Assembly (NCBI GenBank): GCA_964637955.1 | Contig: CAZWXQ010000006.1 | Location: forward strand, 26,926 to 90,925 | Reading direction: 5' to 3' | DNA: 64,000 bases | Origin: an uncultured Gammaproteobacteria bacterium | GTDB taxonomy: Bacteria > Patescibacteriota > Microgenomatia > Levybacterales > UBA12049 | Shown: positions 39,424 through 48,899 of the stretch, piece after piece | Numbering within the stretch: the first letter of the stretch is position 1 | Layout of the letters: each line of letters opens with the position of its first letter | Notes under the pieces: model-generated | Seen by the model: the letters and a program-made list of their open reading frames with translations, nothing else | The model's database searches: none | Told to the model about the DNA's origin: nothing | Translations under genes and position numbers: made by a program

Positions 39424-39533
39424 AATTTTCAATTTTAAATTCTCAATTTTCAATCAAGCTCAAAATTTTAAAATTAAAAATTAATACATTTATATTTCAA
39501 TGAAAATTAAAAACTCTAAATTAAAAATTAATT
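39424..39533. repeat. AT-rich heptamer element overlapping the leuS start
   Basis: Palindromic aattttc.../gaaaatt... array encoding MKIKNSKLKI. Confidence 0.65.
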
Positions 39534-41950
39534 CACGCTATTTTCCGCACAAAATTGAGGCTAAATGGCAAGAGAAATGGGCGAGTGATAAGATTTATGA
39601 GTTCAAATCTGATTCCTCAAAAGAAAAATATTATAACCTAGTAGAGCTTCCTTATCCTTCAGGAGATCTTCACTTAGGACATTGGTTTGCTTTTGTTCCG
39701 CCGGATGCTCACGCGCGATACATGCGTATGAATGGTAAAAATGTTCTATTTCCGAATGGGTTTGATGCATTTGGATTACCTGCTGAGAATGCTGCAATAA
39801 AACGTGATATCCATCCCAAAGATTGGACTATGAAAAACATCGAAACTATGAGGGGACAATTTGAAACCATGGGAACTATGATTGACTGGACTCACACCAC
39901 TAAAACGTGTCTTCCAGATTATTACCGCTGGAATCAGTGGATTTTCTTAAAGATGTTTGAAAAGGGCATTGCATACAGAGGAAAAGCGCTATCAAACTGG
40001 TGCCCAAAGGATCAAACTGTATTAGCTAACGAGCATATTGAGAGTGGAAAATGCTGGAGATGTGGAGAAGTTGTTGAGCAAAAAGAAGTAGAGCAGTGGT
40101 TCTTGAAGATCACAGATTTTGCCGATAAACTTCTTTGGGAGAATACTGATGAAAAGATCAGTAATGGAGTTGATTGGCCAAAAAGTGTCCGAGAAGCTCA
40201 GAATAATTGGATTGGAAGAAAAGATGGTATAAAGATTAAGCACGAGGTCGTAGGAACAGATCTTTCATTTGAAACTTTTTCAGCTTTTCCTGCATGGTTA
40301 TGGGCAGATTCATTCATAGTCATTGCTCCCGAACATCCACTGGTTAAAGAGCTTGTAAAAGGAACAGATAGCGAAAAAGAAGTTTTGGAATTTGTAGATG
40401 AAATGTCAAAGGAAACTGAGCTGGAAAGAAAAGAGACTACAGAAAAAAAAGGTGTTTTCACAGGAAGATATGCAAAGGATCCATTTGGCGGTAAAGATAT
40501 GCCTATTTGGCTTGCAAATTTTGCATTGCTAAATTTTGGGACAGGTATAATTAGATGCTCTAGCCATGATCCAAGAGATTTTGAGTTTGCCACAAAGTAT
40601 AAATTAGATCTTAAAGAGGTAGTAGATAGATATAATGATCAGCCCGCAAATGCTCACGACAATAAAGGTGTTCTTAAAGATTCAGGGCCATTTAGCGGTC
40701 GAAAAGTTAGCGAAGTAAGAGAAGAGGTGCTAGATTGGATTGAAAAAGAAGGAATTGGCGTTAGATTTGTAAATTATCATCTTCATGATTGGTCTATTTC
40801 AAGACAGCGCTATTGGGGAACACCTGTGCCAATTATTCATTGTGAAAAAGATGGAGATGTGCCAGTACCATTTGATCAGCTTCCGGTTGAGATTCCTTAC
40901 GAAGTAGATTATACACCACAGGGAAAGCCTCCTTTGGCATCAGCGGAAGATTGGTTAAATGTTGAGTGTCCTGTTTGTCACGGGCCGGCTAAGAGGGATG
41001 CCGAGACTTTAGACACTTTCTTTGATTCTGCTTGGTACTATTATCGTTACGTTTCGCCTCATTTTGAGGAAGGACCGTTTGATAGCGAGCTTGTCAAAGC
41101 GAGCATGCCTGTAAATGTGTATTTTGGCGGAGGAGAACACACTCTTGGTCACACGCTGTACGCGCGCTTTTTCACAAAGTTCTTTAAGGAGTTAGGATTA
41201 GTAGATTTTGATGAGTTTGCGCTGAAGCGAGTTCAACATGGAGTGATTCTAGGGCCTGACGGAAACCGCATGAGTAAATCAAAGGGAAATGTAGTAAATC
41301 CAGATGATGTAGTTCGTGAATACGGAGCAGACACCGTCCGTTTATATCTGTGCTTTATGATGCCTTATGAGGCTACAGCACCTTGGTCAGTAGGCGCAAT
41401 CTCAGGTATATTTAGATTCCTCAAAAGAGTTTGGGATTTGCAAAATAGTTTGGGGGAAAATATTGAATTAAATTCAGAAGATGAGTATTGGTTAAATAAA
41501 ACTGTTAAGAAGGTTGGAGAAGATCTTGAGGAGATACATTTTAATACCGCTGTTTCAACTCTCATGGAGTGGTTAAATTATTTATCCTCCAAGAAAGAGA
41601 TCTCAAATCTTGAGTATAAAACATTTTTGAAGCTACTTGCTCCTTTTGCGCCACATATTACAGAAGAAATATGGAGCCAGATAGATGATGAATTTCCAGT
41701 AAGCTCTATTCATCTTGAATCATGGCCCGAGTTTAATCAGGCTAAGATAGTTCAAGATGAAGTAAATATTGCAGTACAGATAAATGGCAAAGTTCGTGGA
41801 GCGATAAAAGTAGAAAGCTCAAAAATTGAATCTCAATCAGATATAGAGGAGATTGTAAAAAATGATCAAAATATATCAAAATATCTAGGAGGACAACAAA
41901 TTAAAAAAATAATTTATATAAAAGGAAAAATTATTAGCTTTGTTATTTAG
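39500..41950 (+). CDS. leuS: Leucine--tRNA ligase
   Basis: PYPSGDLHLGH (HIGH), GFDAFGLPAEN, DWSISRQRYWG, RMSKS. Confidence 0.97.
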   Translation: MKIKNSKLKINSRYFPHKIEAKWQEKWASDKIYEFKSDSSKEKYYNLVELPYPSGDLHLGHWFAFVPPDAHARYMRMNGKNVLFPNGFDAFGLPAENAAIKRDIHPKDWTMKNIETMRGQFETMGTMIDWTHTTKTCLPDYYRWNQWIFLKMFEKGIAYRGKALSNWCPKDQTVLANEHIESGKCWRCGEVVEQKEVEQWFLKITDFADKLLWENTDEKISNGVDWPKSVREAQNNWIGRKDGIKIKHEVVGTDLSFETFSAFPAWLWADSFIVIAPEHPLVKELVKGTDSEKEVLEFVDEMSKETELERKETTEKKGVFTGRYAKDPFGGKDMPIWLANFALLNFGTGIIRCSSHDPRDFEFATKYKLDLKEVVDRYNDQPANAHDNKGVLKDSGPFSGRKVSEVREEVLDWIEKEGIGVRFVNYHLHDWSISRQRYWGTPVPIIHCEKDGDVPVPFDQLPVEIPYEVDYTPQGKPPLASAEDWLNVECPVCHGPAKRDAETLDTFFDSAWYYYRYVSPHFEEGPFDSELVKASMPVNVYFGGGEHTLGHTLYARFFTKFFKELGLVDFDEFALKRVQHGVILGPDGNRMSKSKGNVVNPDDVVREYGADTVRLYLCFMMPYEATAPWSVGAISGIFRFLKRVWDLQNSLGENIELNSEDEYWLNKTVKKVGEDLEEIHFNTAVSTLMEWLNYLSSKKEISNLEYKTFLKLLAPFAPHITEEIWSQIDDEFPVSSIHLESWPEFNQAKIVQDEVNIAVQINGKVRGAIKVESSKIESQSDIEEIVKNDQNISKYLGGQQIKKIIYIKGKIISFVI

Positions 41951-41980
41951 GTTTTGAATAAAGTTTAGAATGACAAGGAT

Positions 41981-42583
41981 ATGGATCCTAAAGAGTATGT
42001 AGAGTTAGGGAAGCGCAATATTATTCCTATTAGCTTAGGCACATTAGGTATTCTTCTTTTAATCGGTGGTATTTTTCAAGCATATTCCTCGCGCTCAACT
42101 GAGCCTGATTTAGTTTTTGAAGAAAGTAAAGTCGAAGAGAAAAATACAGAGCTTGTGATTGATGTTTCGGGTGCAGTTATGAATCCTGGAGTCTATAAAT
42201 TAGCTTCTGGGAGTAGGATGGTAGATGCATTGGCTTCCGCTGGAGGACTTTCCTCAGAAGCAGACCGAGACTATGTAGAAAAGAATATAAATTTGGCTGG
42301 AAAAGTCTCAGATGGATTAAAGATCTATATTCCAAGGGTAGGGGAAGATATTTTGGTTGAGGCTCAAAGTTCTGGTGGTTCGATTGGTAGTACTGGGGGT
42401 CAAGTGATAAATATAAATCTGGCTTCAAGTACAGATCTTGAGGCTCTTCCTGGGGTTGGAGAAGTGACTGCGCAGAAAATCATTGATGGTAGACCATACG
42501 CAAGCATAGATGAGCTTCAATCAAAAGATATAGTGGGTGACGCTACTTACGAGAAGATAAAAGATCAAATAGCCGCAAATTAG
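41981..42583 (+). CDS. comEA: Competence DNA receptor ComEA
   Basis: TM, SLBB (IDVSGAV.NPGVY), HhH (ININLAS...LPGVG.VTAQKII). Confidence 0.92.
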   Translation: MDPKEYVELGKRNIIPISLGTLGILLLIGGIFQAYSSRSTEPDLVFEESKVEEKNTELVIDVSGAVMNPGVYKLASGSRMVDALASAGGLSSEADRDYVEKNINLAGKVSDGLKIYIPRVGEDILVEAQSSGGSIGSTGGQVININLASSTDLEALPGVGEVTAQKIIDGRPYASIDELQSKDIVGDATYEKIKDQIAAN

Positions 42584-43407
42584 CTTTTTTTAGGTTCCTT
42601 GGTGTCTATTGGAATCATCATATATGTGGTTGTTCCTTTTCCTTCTTCTGATTCTACTCTTATGGTCCCTCCATGAGTTGTTATTATCCATTTTGTTATA
42701 TATAGACCTAGACCAGAGCTTATTTTTTTAGTTTTATCGCTGTTATTAAGCTCTGCATATTTCTTAAATAAATCCTTTTGTTTTTCTTTTGGAATACCAA
42801 TTCCATTGTCGCTAACTATAATTGTCGCATTTTGGCCTTGATGTTTTAAGAAAACCTTGATTAAGCCATTTTCATTTGTATATTTGAGGCTATTTGAAAG
42901 TAGGTTGTTTAATGCTTCTGTTATTCTTACTTTATCAAAGTAAAACTTAGGAAGACTTGTGACTATCTCTGAGGTAACAGTGATATTTTTATTTTTAGCT
43001 TCAGATTCAAATACTAAAAGCTGTTCTTTTACCAAGGCTCCAAGATCAGATAATTCCTTCTTTAGGTTCAGTTTGCCTTGGCTTACTTTTGCAGCATCAA
43101 GAATGGTCGAGATCTGAAATAGTACGTTATCGGATTGTTCAAGAATTAGTCCAAGCATGTCCTTTTCATCTGCGGGACTGAGTTTGCCAGATTTTATAAG
43201 AGATGCGCTGTTTTTTATAGCTACGACTGGGGCTCTCAAGTCATGTACCATGACCTGCGTCATCTCTTCTTGATTTGTGCGCCTGGGCAGAATTTCTACA
43301 TCCTCACCTTTTTGTTTTTTACGATCAAGATAAAGCCACCATAATAAATAAATTGCTACGAGAAGTAATAATAGAGCTGAGAGTAGGAGCAGGGCAGTTG
43401 TATTCAT
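42580..43407 (-). CDS. Histidine kinase, single TM, no obvious sensor domain
   Basis: HDLRAP H-box, NLLSNSLKY, DNGIGI, GLGL. Confidence 0.92.
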   Translation of the reverse strand: MNTTALLLLSALLLLLVAIYLLWWLYLDRKKQKGEDVEILPRRTNQEEMTQVMVHDLRAPVVAIKNSASLIKSGKLSPADEKDMLGLILEQSDNVLFQISTILDAAKVSQGKLNLKKELSDLGALVKEQLLVFESEAKNKNITVTSEIVTSLPKFYFDKVRITEALNNLLSNSLKYTNENGLIKVFLKHQGQNATIIVSDNGIGIPKEKQKDLFKKYAELNNSDKTKKISSGLGLYITKWIITTHGGTIRVESEEGKGTTTYMMIPIDTKEPKKS

Positions 43408-43412
43408 GGTTC

Positions 43413-43805
43413 TTAAACCGGTTGGCCATCAACAGGAGCTTTAGGTTGAATAAGTTCCTGAATTTTAGTAGCTAAAAACTCTGGTGTTATTTGGTACTTT
43501 AATATATAGTCTACAGCTCCTGCATTAATAGCTTTTTCAATGAGTTCATTCTGACCAAAATTAGAGAGCATAGCTACTGGAATGTTTTGAGTAGCAGGGT
43601 CACTTTTAAGAGTGATAAGAACCTCATTTCCTTGAATGTCTGGAAGTACTTGATCAAGAAGCACAAGATCAGGTTGCTGTGTTTTTACTTTCGCTATGCC
43701 ATCATTGCCGTTTGAAGCAGTGATAACTTCATATCCGTGTATCTTTAAAGAAGCAGAGAATACTTTTAATATTGCTTCGTCATCATCTACAAGTAGAATT
43801 CTCAT
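43413..43805 (-). CDS. Single-domain response regulator
   Basis: ILLVDDD, PDLVLLD, conserved K; start set at ATG 43805. Confidence 0.92.
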   Translation of the reverse strand: MRILLVDDDEAILKVFSASLKIHGYEVITASNGNDGIAKVKTQQPDLVLLDQVLPDIQGNEVLITLKSDPATQNIPVAMLSNFGQNELIEKAINAGAVDYILKYQITPEFLATKIQELIQPKAPVDGQPV

Positions 43806-43937
43806 AGTTAAGTTAAAAGTAACACCCTCACGCTCAAATTGCAATATGCAATATGAATTTGAGCGTGGAACTTTAGCTTTTAATTAATCGAATTTCGCTT
43901 GGCGTGGTGTTATGATTAGAATAAGCGGAGAAGTGCT

Positions 43938-45179
43938 ATGTCTCCAAAATTTATCTATTTGATAGTAGCCTGTCTTTTTATTTTGCTATCTATAAGAATA
44001 GCTTTATTTTATTCTTCTGTCGAAAAATATCCTCCAGGCCAGATAATCAGTTGGCAAGCAAAAGTGCTAACACAGCCGAAGCTAAGCGTTCGTGGTCAGC
44101 AGTTTTCAGTATCTATGCCAAATTCGCAAAGAGTTTTGCTAAATTTGAAGCTAATTCCTCAGGTTTCGTATGGAGATAGTCTTTTGATAAGAGGTAAAGT
44201 GGATTATATAGAAGTCGGAGAAGGAGATTTGATCGCTTTTATGAATTATCCTGAGTTTAGGATAGTTGAGGTAGGCAGGGAAGGCAGTTTCATAATTAGA
44301 ATTCGAGAACACATTATCAGCTTTTTTAATTCATCTCTTCCTCAAACATATTCATCTCTAATGCTTGGAATAGTTTTTGGCATAAAAGAGGAGATGCCTG
44401 CTGATTTTTACTTGGATCTTCAAAAAACAGGACTTATGCACGTAATAGCTGCATCCGGAATGAATATAACCATGCTTGGGGGATTTTTGAGTTTGATTTT
44501 TGCCATGTTTTTTAGACGACAAGTAGCACTTATTCTTACAATTCTTGGAATCATTCTTTATGCCGTGCTTGCAGGCCTTGAGCCGTCCATAGTCAGAGCT
44601 TCGATTATGGGTATTTTGGTTTTTCTAGCCCAGCTTACAGGGCGTCAGAATAGCAGTTTCCTGGCACTATTCTTTGCTGCTTTCTTAATGCTTATGCGAA
44701 CGCCTAGTCTAATTCTTGATGTTGGATTTCAATTGTCGTTTTTAGCAACATTTGGTTTGGTTTATCTTAGGCCTATATTTGCATTTATTCCAGGCATTAA
44801 AAGGTTTTCAGAAAAGTCAGTAATTGTTGAAGATTTGACCACTACTTTAACAGCTCAGATTTCGACTTTGCCAATTCTTCTGGCCAATTTTGGAAGTTAT
44901 AGTCTCTGGTCAATTCCAGTAAACGCGATTGTACTTTGGACAGTTCCAATACTAATGATAATAGGTGGAGCAGCTGCGATAATTTCTTTTCTGATTGAGC
45001 CTATGGCAAGAGTGGTATTATACTTTTCTGTACCATTTTTGCTTTATTTTACAAAAATCGTTGAGGTTTTTGGAAGTTTTCCAGGTCAGATAAATATAAA
45101 AAGCATGTCATTAATGATAATCTCAGGCTATTATTTAATAATTCTGGCAATAATTGTCTATTTTAGAAATAAAAAGTAA
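43938..45179 (+). CDS. comEC: ComEC competence channel domain
   Basis: TGLMHVIAASGMN, PSIVRASIM, GFQLSFLAT. Confidence 0.93.
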   Translation: MSPKFIYLIVACLFILLSIRIALFYSSVEKYPPGQIISWQAKVLTQPKLSVRGQQFSVSMPNSQRVLLNLKLIPQVSYGDSLLIRGKVDYIEVGEGDLIAFMNYPEFRIVEVGREGSFIIRIREHIISFFNSSLPQTYSSLMLGIVFGIKEEMPADFYLDLQKTGLMHVIAASGMNITMLGGFLSLIFAMFFRRQVALILTILGIILYAVLAGLEPSIVRASIMGILVFLAQLTGRQNSSFLALFFAAFLMLMRTPSLILDVGFQLSFLATFGLVYLRPIFAFIPGIKRFSEKSVIVEDLTTTLTAQISTLPILLANFGSYSLWSIPVNAIVLWTVPILMIIGGAAAIISFLIEPMARVVLYFSVPFLLYFTKIVEVFGSFPGQINIKSMSLMIISGYYLIILAIIVYFRNKK

Positions 45180-45215
45180 TAGTTTGATATTGTCCTTATT
45201 CAATAGAATTCATGT

Positions 45216-46082
45216 ATGAAGAAGGTATATTTTTTTATTTTCACAGCTTCTATTTCTCTATTAATTCTAATTATATTCGTATTATTTAGCTTCAATGATA
45301 AAAAGCTTCACATAATAATGTGTGATGTAGGGCAGGGTGATGGGATTTTGATTGATACCCCTGATAATGCCCAAATTCTAATAGATGGAGGTCCTGATAA
45401 GAGTGTTCTTGAATGCTTATCAAAGCATATGCCGTTTTGGGATAGAAGTATTGAGGCTATAATCCTTACTCATCCACACGCAGATCACTATTTTGGCCTG
45501 ATAGATGTAATAGAGCGATATAAATTGAATGGGTTTTATACCGAAGCCGTAAAAACGAATTCTGAGGGTTTTGATTTGCTTGAAGCTAAATTAGCAAGTA
45601 AAAAAATGAGTGCTAAAGATTTGAGCGTAAACGATAATTTTAGAAATAAGTCTGGAGTAAATATAAAAATATTATGGCCGAAGCTAGAAAATTCTAAAGA
45701 AATAGATCAGAATAGCGCAGATATAGACCTAAATGGATTAAGCGTAGTAGCCTTGCTAACGTACGGGAATTTTTCAATGCTTCTTACAGGTGATGCTGGA
45801 GAAAATGTCATGAATCAATTAGAAAATGTGGCTGGCGATATCGATATATTAAAAGTCCCACATCATGGCTCCAGGACAGGAATGGATGATGGATTCCTAA
45901 AGTTGGTAAAGCCGGAAATAGCTTTGATCTCGGTTGGACAGAAGAATAAATATGGTCATCCAGCAAAGGAAAGTTTGGATCTACTCAAAAAGAACAATAT
46001 TAAGATTTTTAGGACTGATAAGAACGGGACGATTGAGATTATATCTGATGGGAGAAGCTATAAAGTTAAATCTTCAAAATAG
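45216..46082 (+). CDS. ComEC-associated metallo-beta-lactamase fold protein (split ComEC C-terminus)
   Basis: DVGQGD, THPHADH, LLTGDA, KVPHHGS, YGHP. Confidence 0.9.
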   Translation: MKKVYFFIFTASISLLILIIFVLFSFNDKKLHIIMCDVGQGDGILIDTPDNAQILIDGGPDKSVLECLSKHMPFWDRSIEAIILTHPHADHYFGLIDVIERYKLNGFYTEAVKTNSEGFDLLEAKLASKKMSAKDLSVNDNFRNKSGVNIKILWPKLENSKEIDQNSADIDLNGLSVVALLTYGNFSMLLTGDAGENVMNQLENVAGDIDILKVPHHGSRTGMDDGFLKLVKPEIALISVGQKNKYGHPAKESLDLLKKNNIKIFRTDKNGTIEIISDGRSYKVKSSK

Positions 46083-46631
46083 GCCCCATAGTCGTTGACT
46101 ATTAAATTTGCCTTGTGATAAAATTCATTCTTGTGTGCTTGATGCTAAAAGCTTCACTCTTCGGATTTGCCCGTAGAATTGAGGATTAGATAAAGTATGC
46201 AAATTTGGTTTCAAATTAAATATTGAAACTTCGTCCCGCGTTTATGCGTGGGTCTTTGTCTCTTGGACATCCGTCCTGGGACTCGTTCCACTTTAAAGAG
46301 TGGAGCATCGCACATTAAAATGTTATTAAGTAGTAGCTGTCTGATTTATTCAGATTTAGTTCTACTAATCCTACATATTTAAAATATGCAGGACAGAATT
46401 TTAACCTAGATGGGTACATCTTGATAATTAGCTTTTTGTTAATTATTAAAATGGACCCCTCTAGGTCCTCATCTATTTAACCTCATCCCATACTGAAGCT
46501 ACGCGCTTCAGAATAAAAGTCAGGGGCATCGTCCACTGACAAAAGTCCATTTGGCCGTAGTGAGTCAGTCTTAAAGCTGACTTGTTGGCATCATCCGAAG
46601 GGTCAATAGACCCTCAAGGGGAGTTACATCC

Positions 46632-47123
46632 ATGGGTTCTTCGGTCACTCCGATCCATTCTCGTGCGCTCAGCGCATGGGTCGTGTTCCGCGTCGAGGGC
46701 TCTGACAAGCCTTTGGTGGAGATCAAGGCGTACGGTTCCGACCACGCGACCCTGAAGGCTGACGCCATCCGCCAGATCAAGGCTTGCATCGAGAGCAAGC
46801 AGAAGTTCGAGCTTCTCGATGACGTGACGGTCTACCAAGACGTCATGGTCTGTGGGACGGTCCCGCCCGGCAACACGGAGTTCTGTCTCCTGGTTCGCTT
46901 CAGCGGCACCATCCACGACATCGTCGAGGCAGCCGGGCCCCAGCTCGAGAGGCTCTTCAAGCAGCTTCCGCAGCTCGCCGAGAAGGACGTCGATCCGCAT
47001 CACCTGACGCTGCTTCGCAGGGTCATCGACAACGCGACCACCGTCGACGAGGCGCAGGCCTGGTTGACTGAGCGCCGTCTCGGCAACAAGGCGCGAACGC
47101 GCAAGCTGGCGACCGGTCGCTGA
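46632..47123 (+). CDS. High-GC orphan protein (163 aa)
   Basis: SD AAGGGGAG; strong GC3 bias in this frame. Confidence 0.75.
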   Translation: MGSSVTPIHSRALSAWVVFRVEGSDKPLVEIKAYGSDHATLKADAIRQIKACIESKQKFELLDDVTVYQDVMVCGTVPPGNTEFCLLVRFSGTIHDIVEAAGPQLERLFKQLPQLAEKDVDPHHLTLLRRVIDNATTVDEAQAWLTERRLGNKARTRKLATGR

Positions 47124-47220
47124 TCCCTTCTGGCATCTGGCTGGACTCAACATCTGGCAAGTTGCCGAGTCCCATCGCACCGAAAGTGCGAGCTAGTTCA
47201 CCCCGAAGGGAGTGAATTGG

Positions 47221-47439
47221 ATGAAGACATCATTCCACCCGCCGAAGGATTTGCTGCGAGCCGCCAAGGCCAATTTCGTGGACTCTCGTGTTGTCCATCG
47301 AATCCGCGATCATTCGGTGAGAAAGTGCCCAAGGCACTGCAACATCGCCTGGTACACGGCGGCTCCACTCAGGCCTGGTGAAATCCCAGCCCAGGATCTG
47401 GCTCGCATGTCGCGAGACTACATGTCCAGATCTGGGTAG
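47221..47439 (+). CDS. High-GC small orphan protein (72 aa)
   Basis: SD AAGGGAG 8 nt before ATG 47221. Confidence 0.5.
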   Translation: MKTSFHPPKDLLRAAKANFVDSRVVHRIRDHSVRKCPRHCNIAWYTAAPLRPGEIPAQDLARMSRDYMSRSG

Positions 47440-48082
47440 ATCGGGGTTTGAGGTCGGCTGATCGTCCGGAAGCGCTTGAGCATGTGCTCGAGAACAGGGT
47501 TTCAGTCCCACAAGCGCCAAATCCGGTTTCGGAGAGGTAAAGTTGCCAAGGAGGTGACATAAATTCTGTAACAGAAAATGTGTGAGGTAGTGCTATGGAC
47601 TCGAAAGAGTAAAAGAGGAGGACAAGGATGTTCTCGCCAAGCCAGAACTTTAGCGTTCTGACCCAGCGAGACTTTCTCGTTTCTTTTTCCCCATAGCACT
47701 ACTATCGCACCCTTTATATAAAAAAATTATTTCTCTAATTTTCTTCTAAAATCATAAAATTAATAAAATATTTCCATACCATAATTCTCCGGATTAAAGA
47801 CTTCCTTTGGTCGCCCTACATTTAATTTGGGCCTTCCTTTGGTCGAACATGCAATAATTTCCAGGACTCCATTCAGTAGCAAAATGAGCAAAAATCCCTA
47901 ATTTTTTTCACAAAATCTTGGCAGGTGATATAGTTTGAATGCTAGCATTTAGGAAGCTAAAAGGTAGTAAATAATTCCAAAAAGGCGATGTGAAAAATTA
48001 AATATTTACAATATATGATTTATTATTTACCATTTTTGTTATTGTTAAATCGTAAATGATAAATGGTATATGATATTTATCT

Positions 48083-48817
48083 TTAGGCTTTTGAGACAGA
48101 GGTATTGACGCCTCTTAATCTTCCAATTTCTTCAAGTTTTTCATCTAGGCCGTCATCGTCAACAGTCTTTAAATCTACTTGCTCTTTGCTTGCTGCCATA
48201 AGTCCAGTAATTATTCTCCGAGCTTTTTCTGCATCCTTTTTCCAAAACCAATTTAGACTAATGAGGTTTTCTGTAAAGTTTACATCGACAATATGTAGTG
48301 TCGCAAAAATCGGAGCGGTTTCTACATAAACATCCGAAATATCTTTTACCGAAATTGAGTGAATTCTTTCAGAGAAAAAGAAAGGGCGGTGGATGAAAGT
48401 TATTTTTGCCGTGTCTATAACTACCTCTCCTGGGAGAAGGGGAACAATATTTTTAAATCTTGCAACCATTTTTTCTGACTTATTTAATAATCCGAAAAAT
48501 TTAAAAGTATTTTTCCTGTGTTCTCTTACGGATTCCTTCATAGCTTCTTTTATTCCATCTTTTTGAGCTTCCTTTAGGTAATTTGGCAGTGGATCATTTT
48601 CAATTTGTTCGTCTGCATTTTTAACTGCTTTCAGTTCTATGGTCTCATCTCCTGTATTATCTGTAGTGGTTGATTTATTTTCGACGACTTCTAAAGCGGT
48701 ATCTGATTTATTGCGAGATGATTTACCACCTTTTGATATAGTTTCTGAGTCACTAGATTTATCCTCTTGATCATAATGAGGAACCATGGGATCGATATGA
48801 ATTTTTTGTCCAAACAT
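48083..48817 (-). CDS. Hypothetical protein with bacterial PH-like C-terminal domain
   Basis: V.ID..KITFIHRPFFFSE.I.SISVKDISDV pattern; acidic N-terminus. Confidence 0.55.
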   Translation of the reverse strand: MFGQKIHIDPMVPHYDQEDKSSDSETISKGGKSSRNKSDTALEVVENKSTTTDNTGDETIELKAVKNADEQIENDPLPNYLKEAQKDGIKEAMKESVREHRKNTFKFFGLLNKSEKMVARFKNIVPLLPGEVVIDTAKITFIHRPFFFSERIHSISVKDISDVYVETAPIFATLHIVDVNFTENLISLNWFWKKDAEKARRIITGLMAASKEQVDLKTVDDDGLDEKLEEIGRLRGVNTSVSKA

Positions 48818-48899
48818 AAACGAATTATGATCTGAAGCAATTAAGAAGAATTGTGAAATATGTATGAGTTTTGTCGGAAAAGATGATTAAAAGAAAAAT

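Larger units (their letters stand above)
46095..47715 (+). other. High-GC cassette 3 with structured leader
   Basis: TTGACT(46095)-N18-TAAAAT; CGG-ATTTGC-CCG 46162-46173; boxA-like CGCACATTAAAA 46309-46320; ACAGAATTT 46393-46401 complementary to 47561-47569. Confidence 0.7.
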
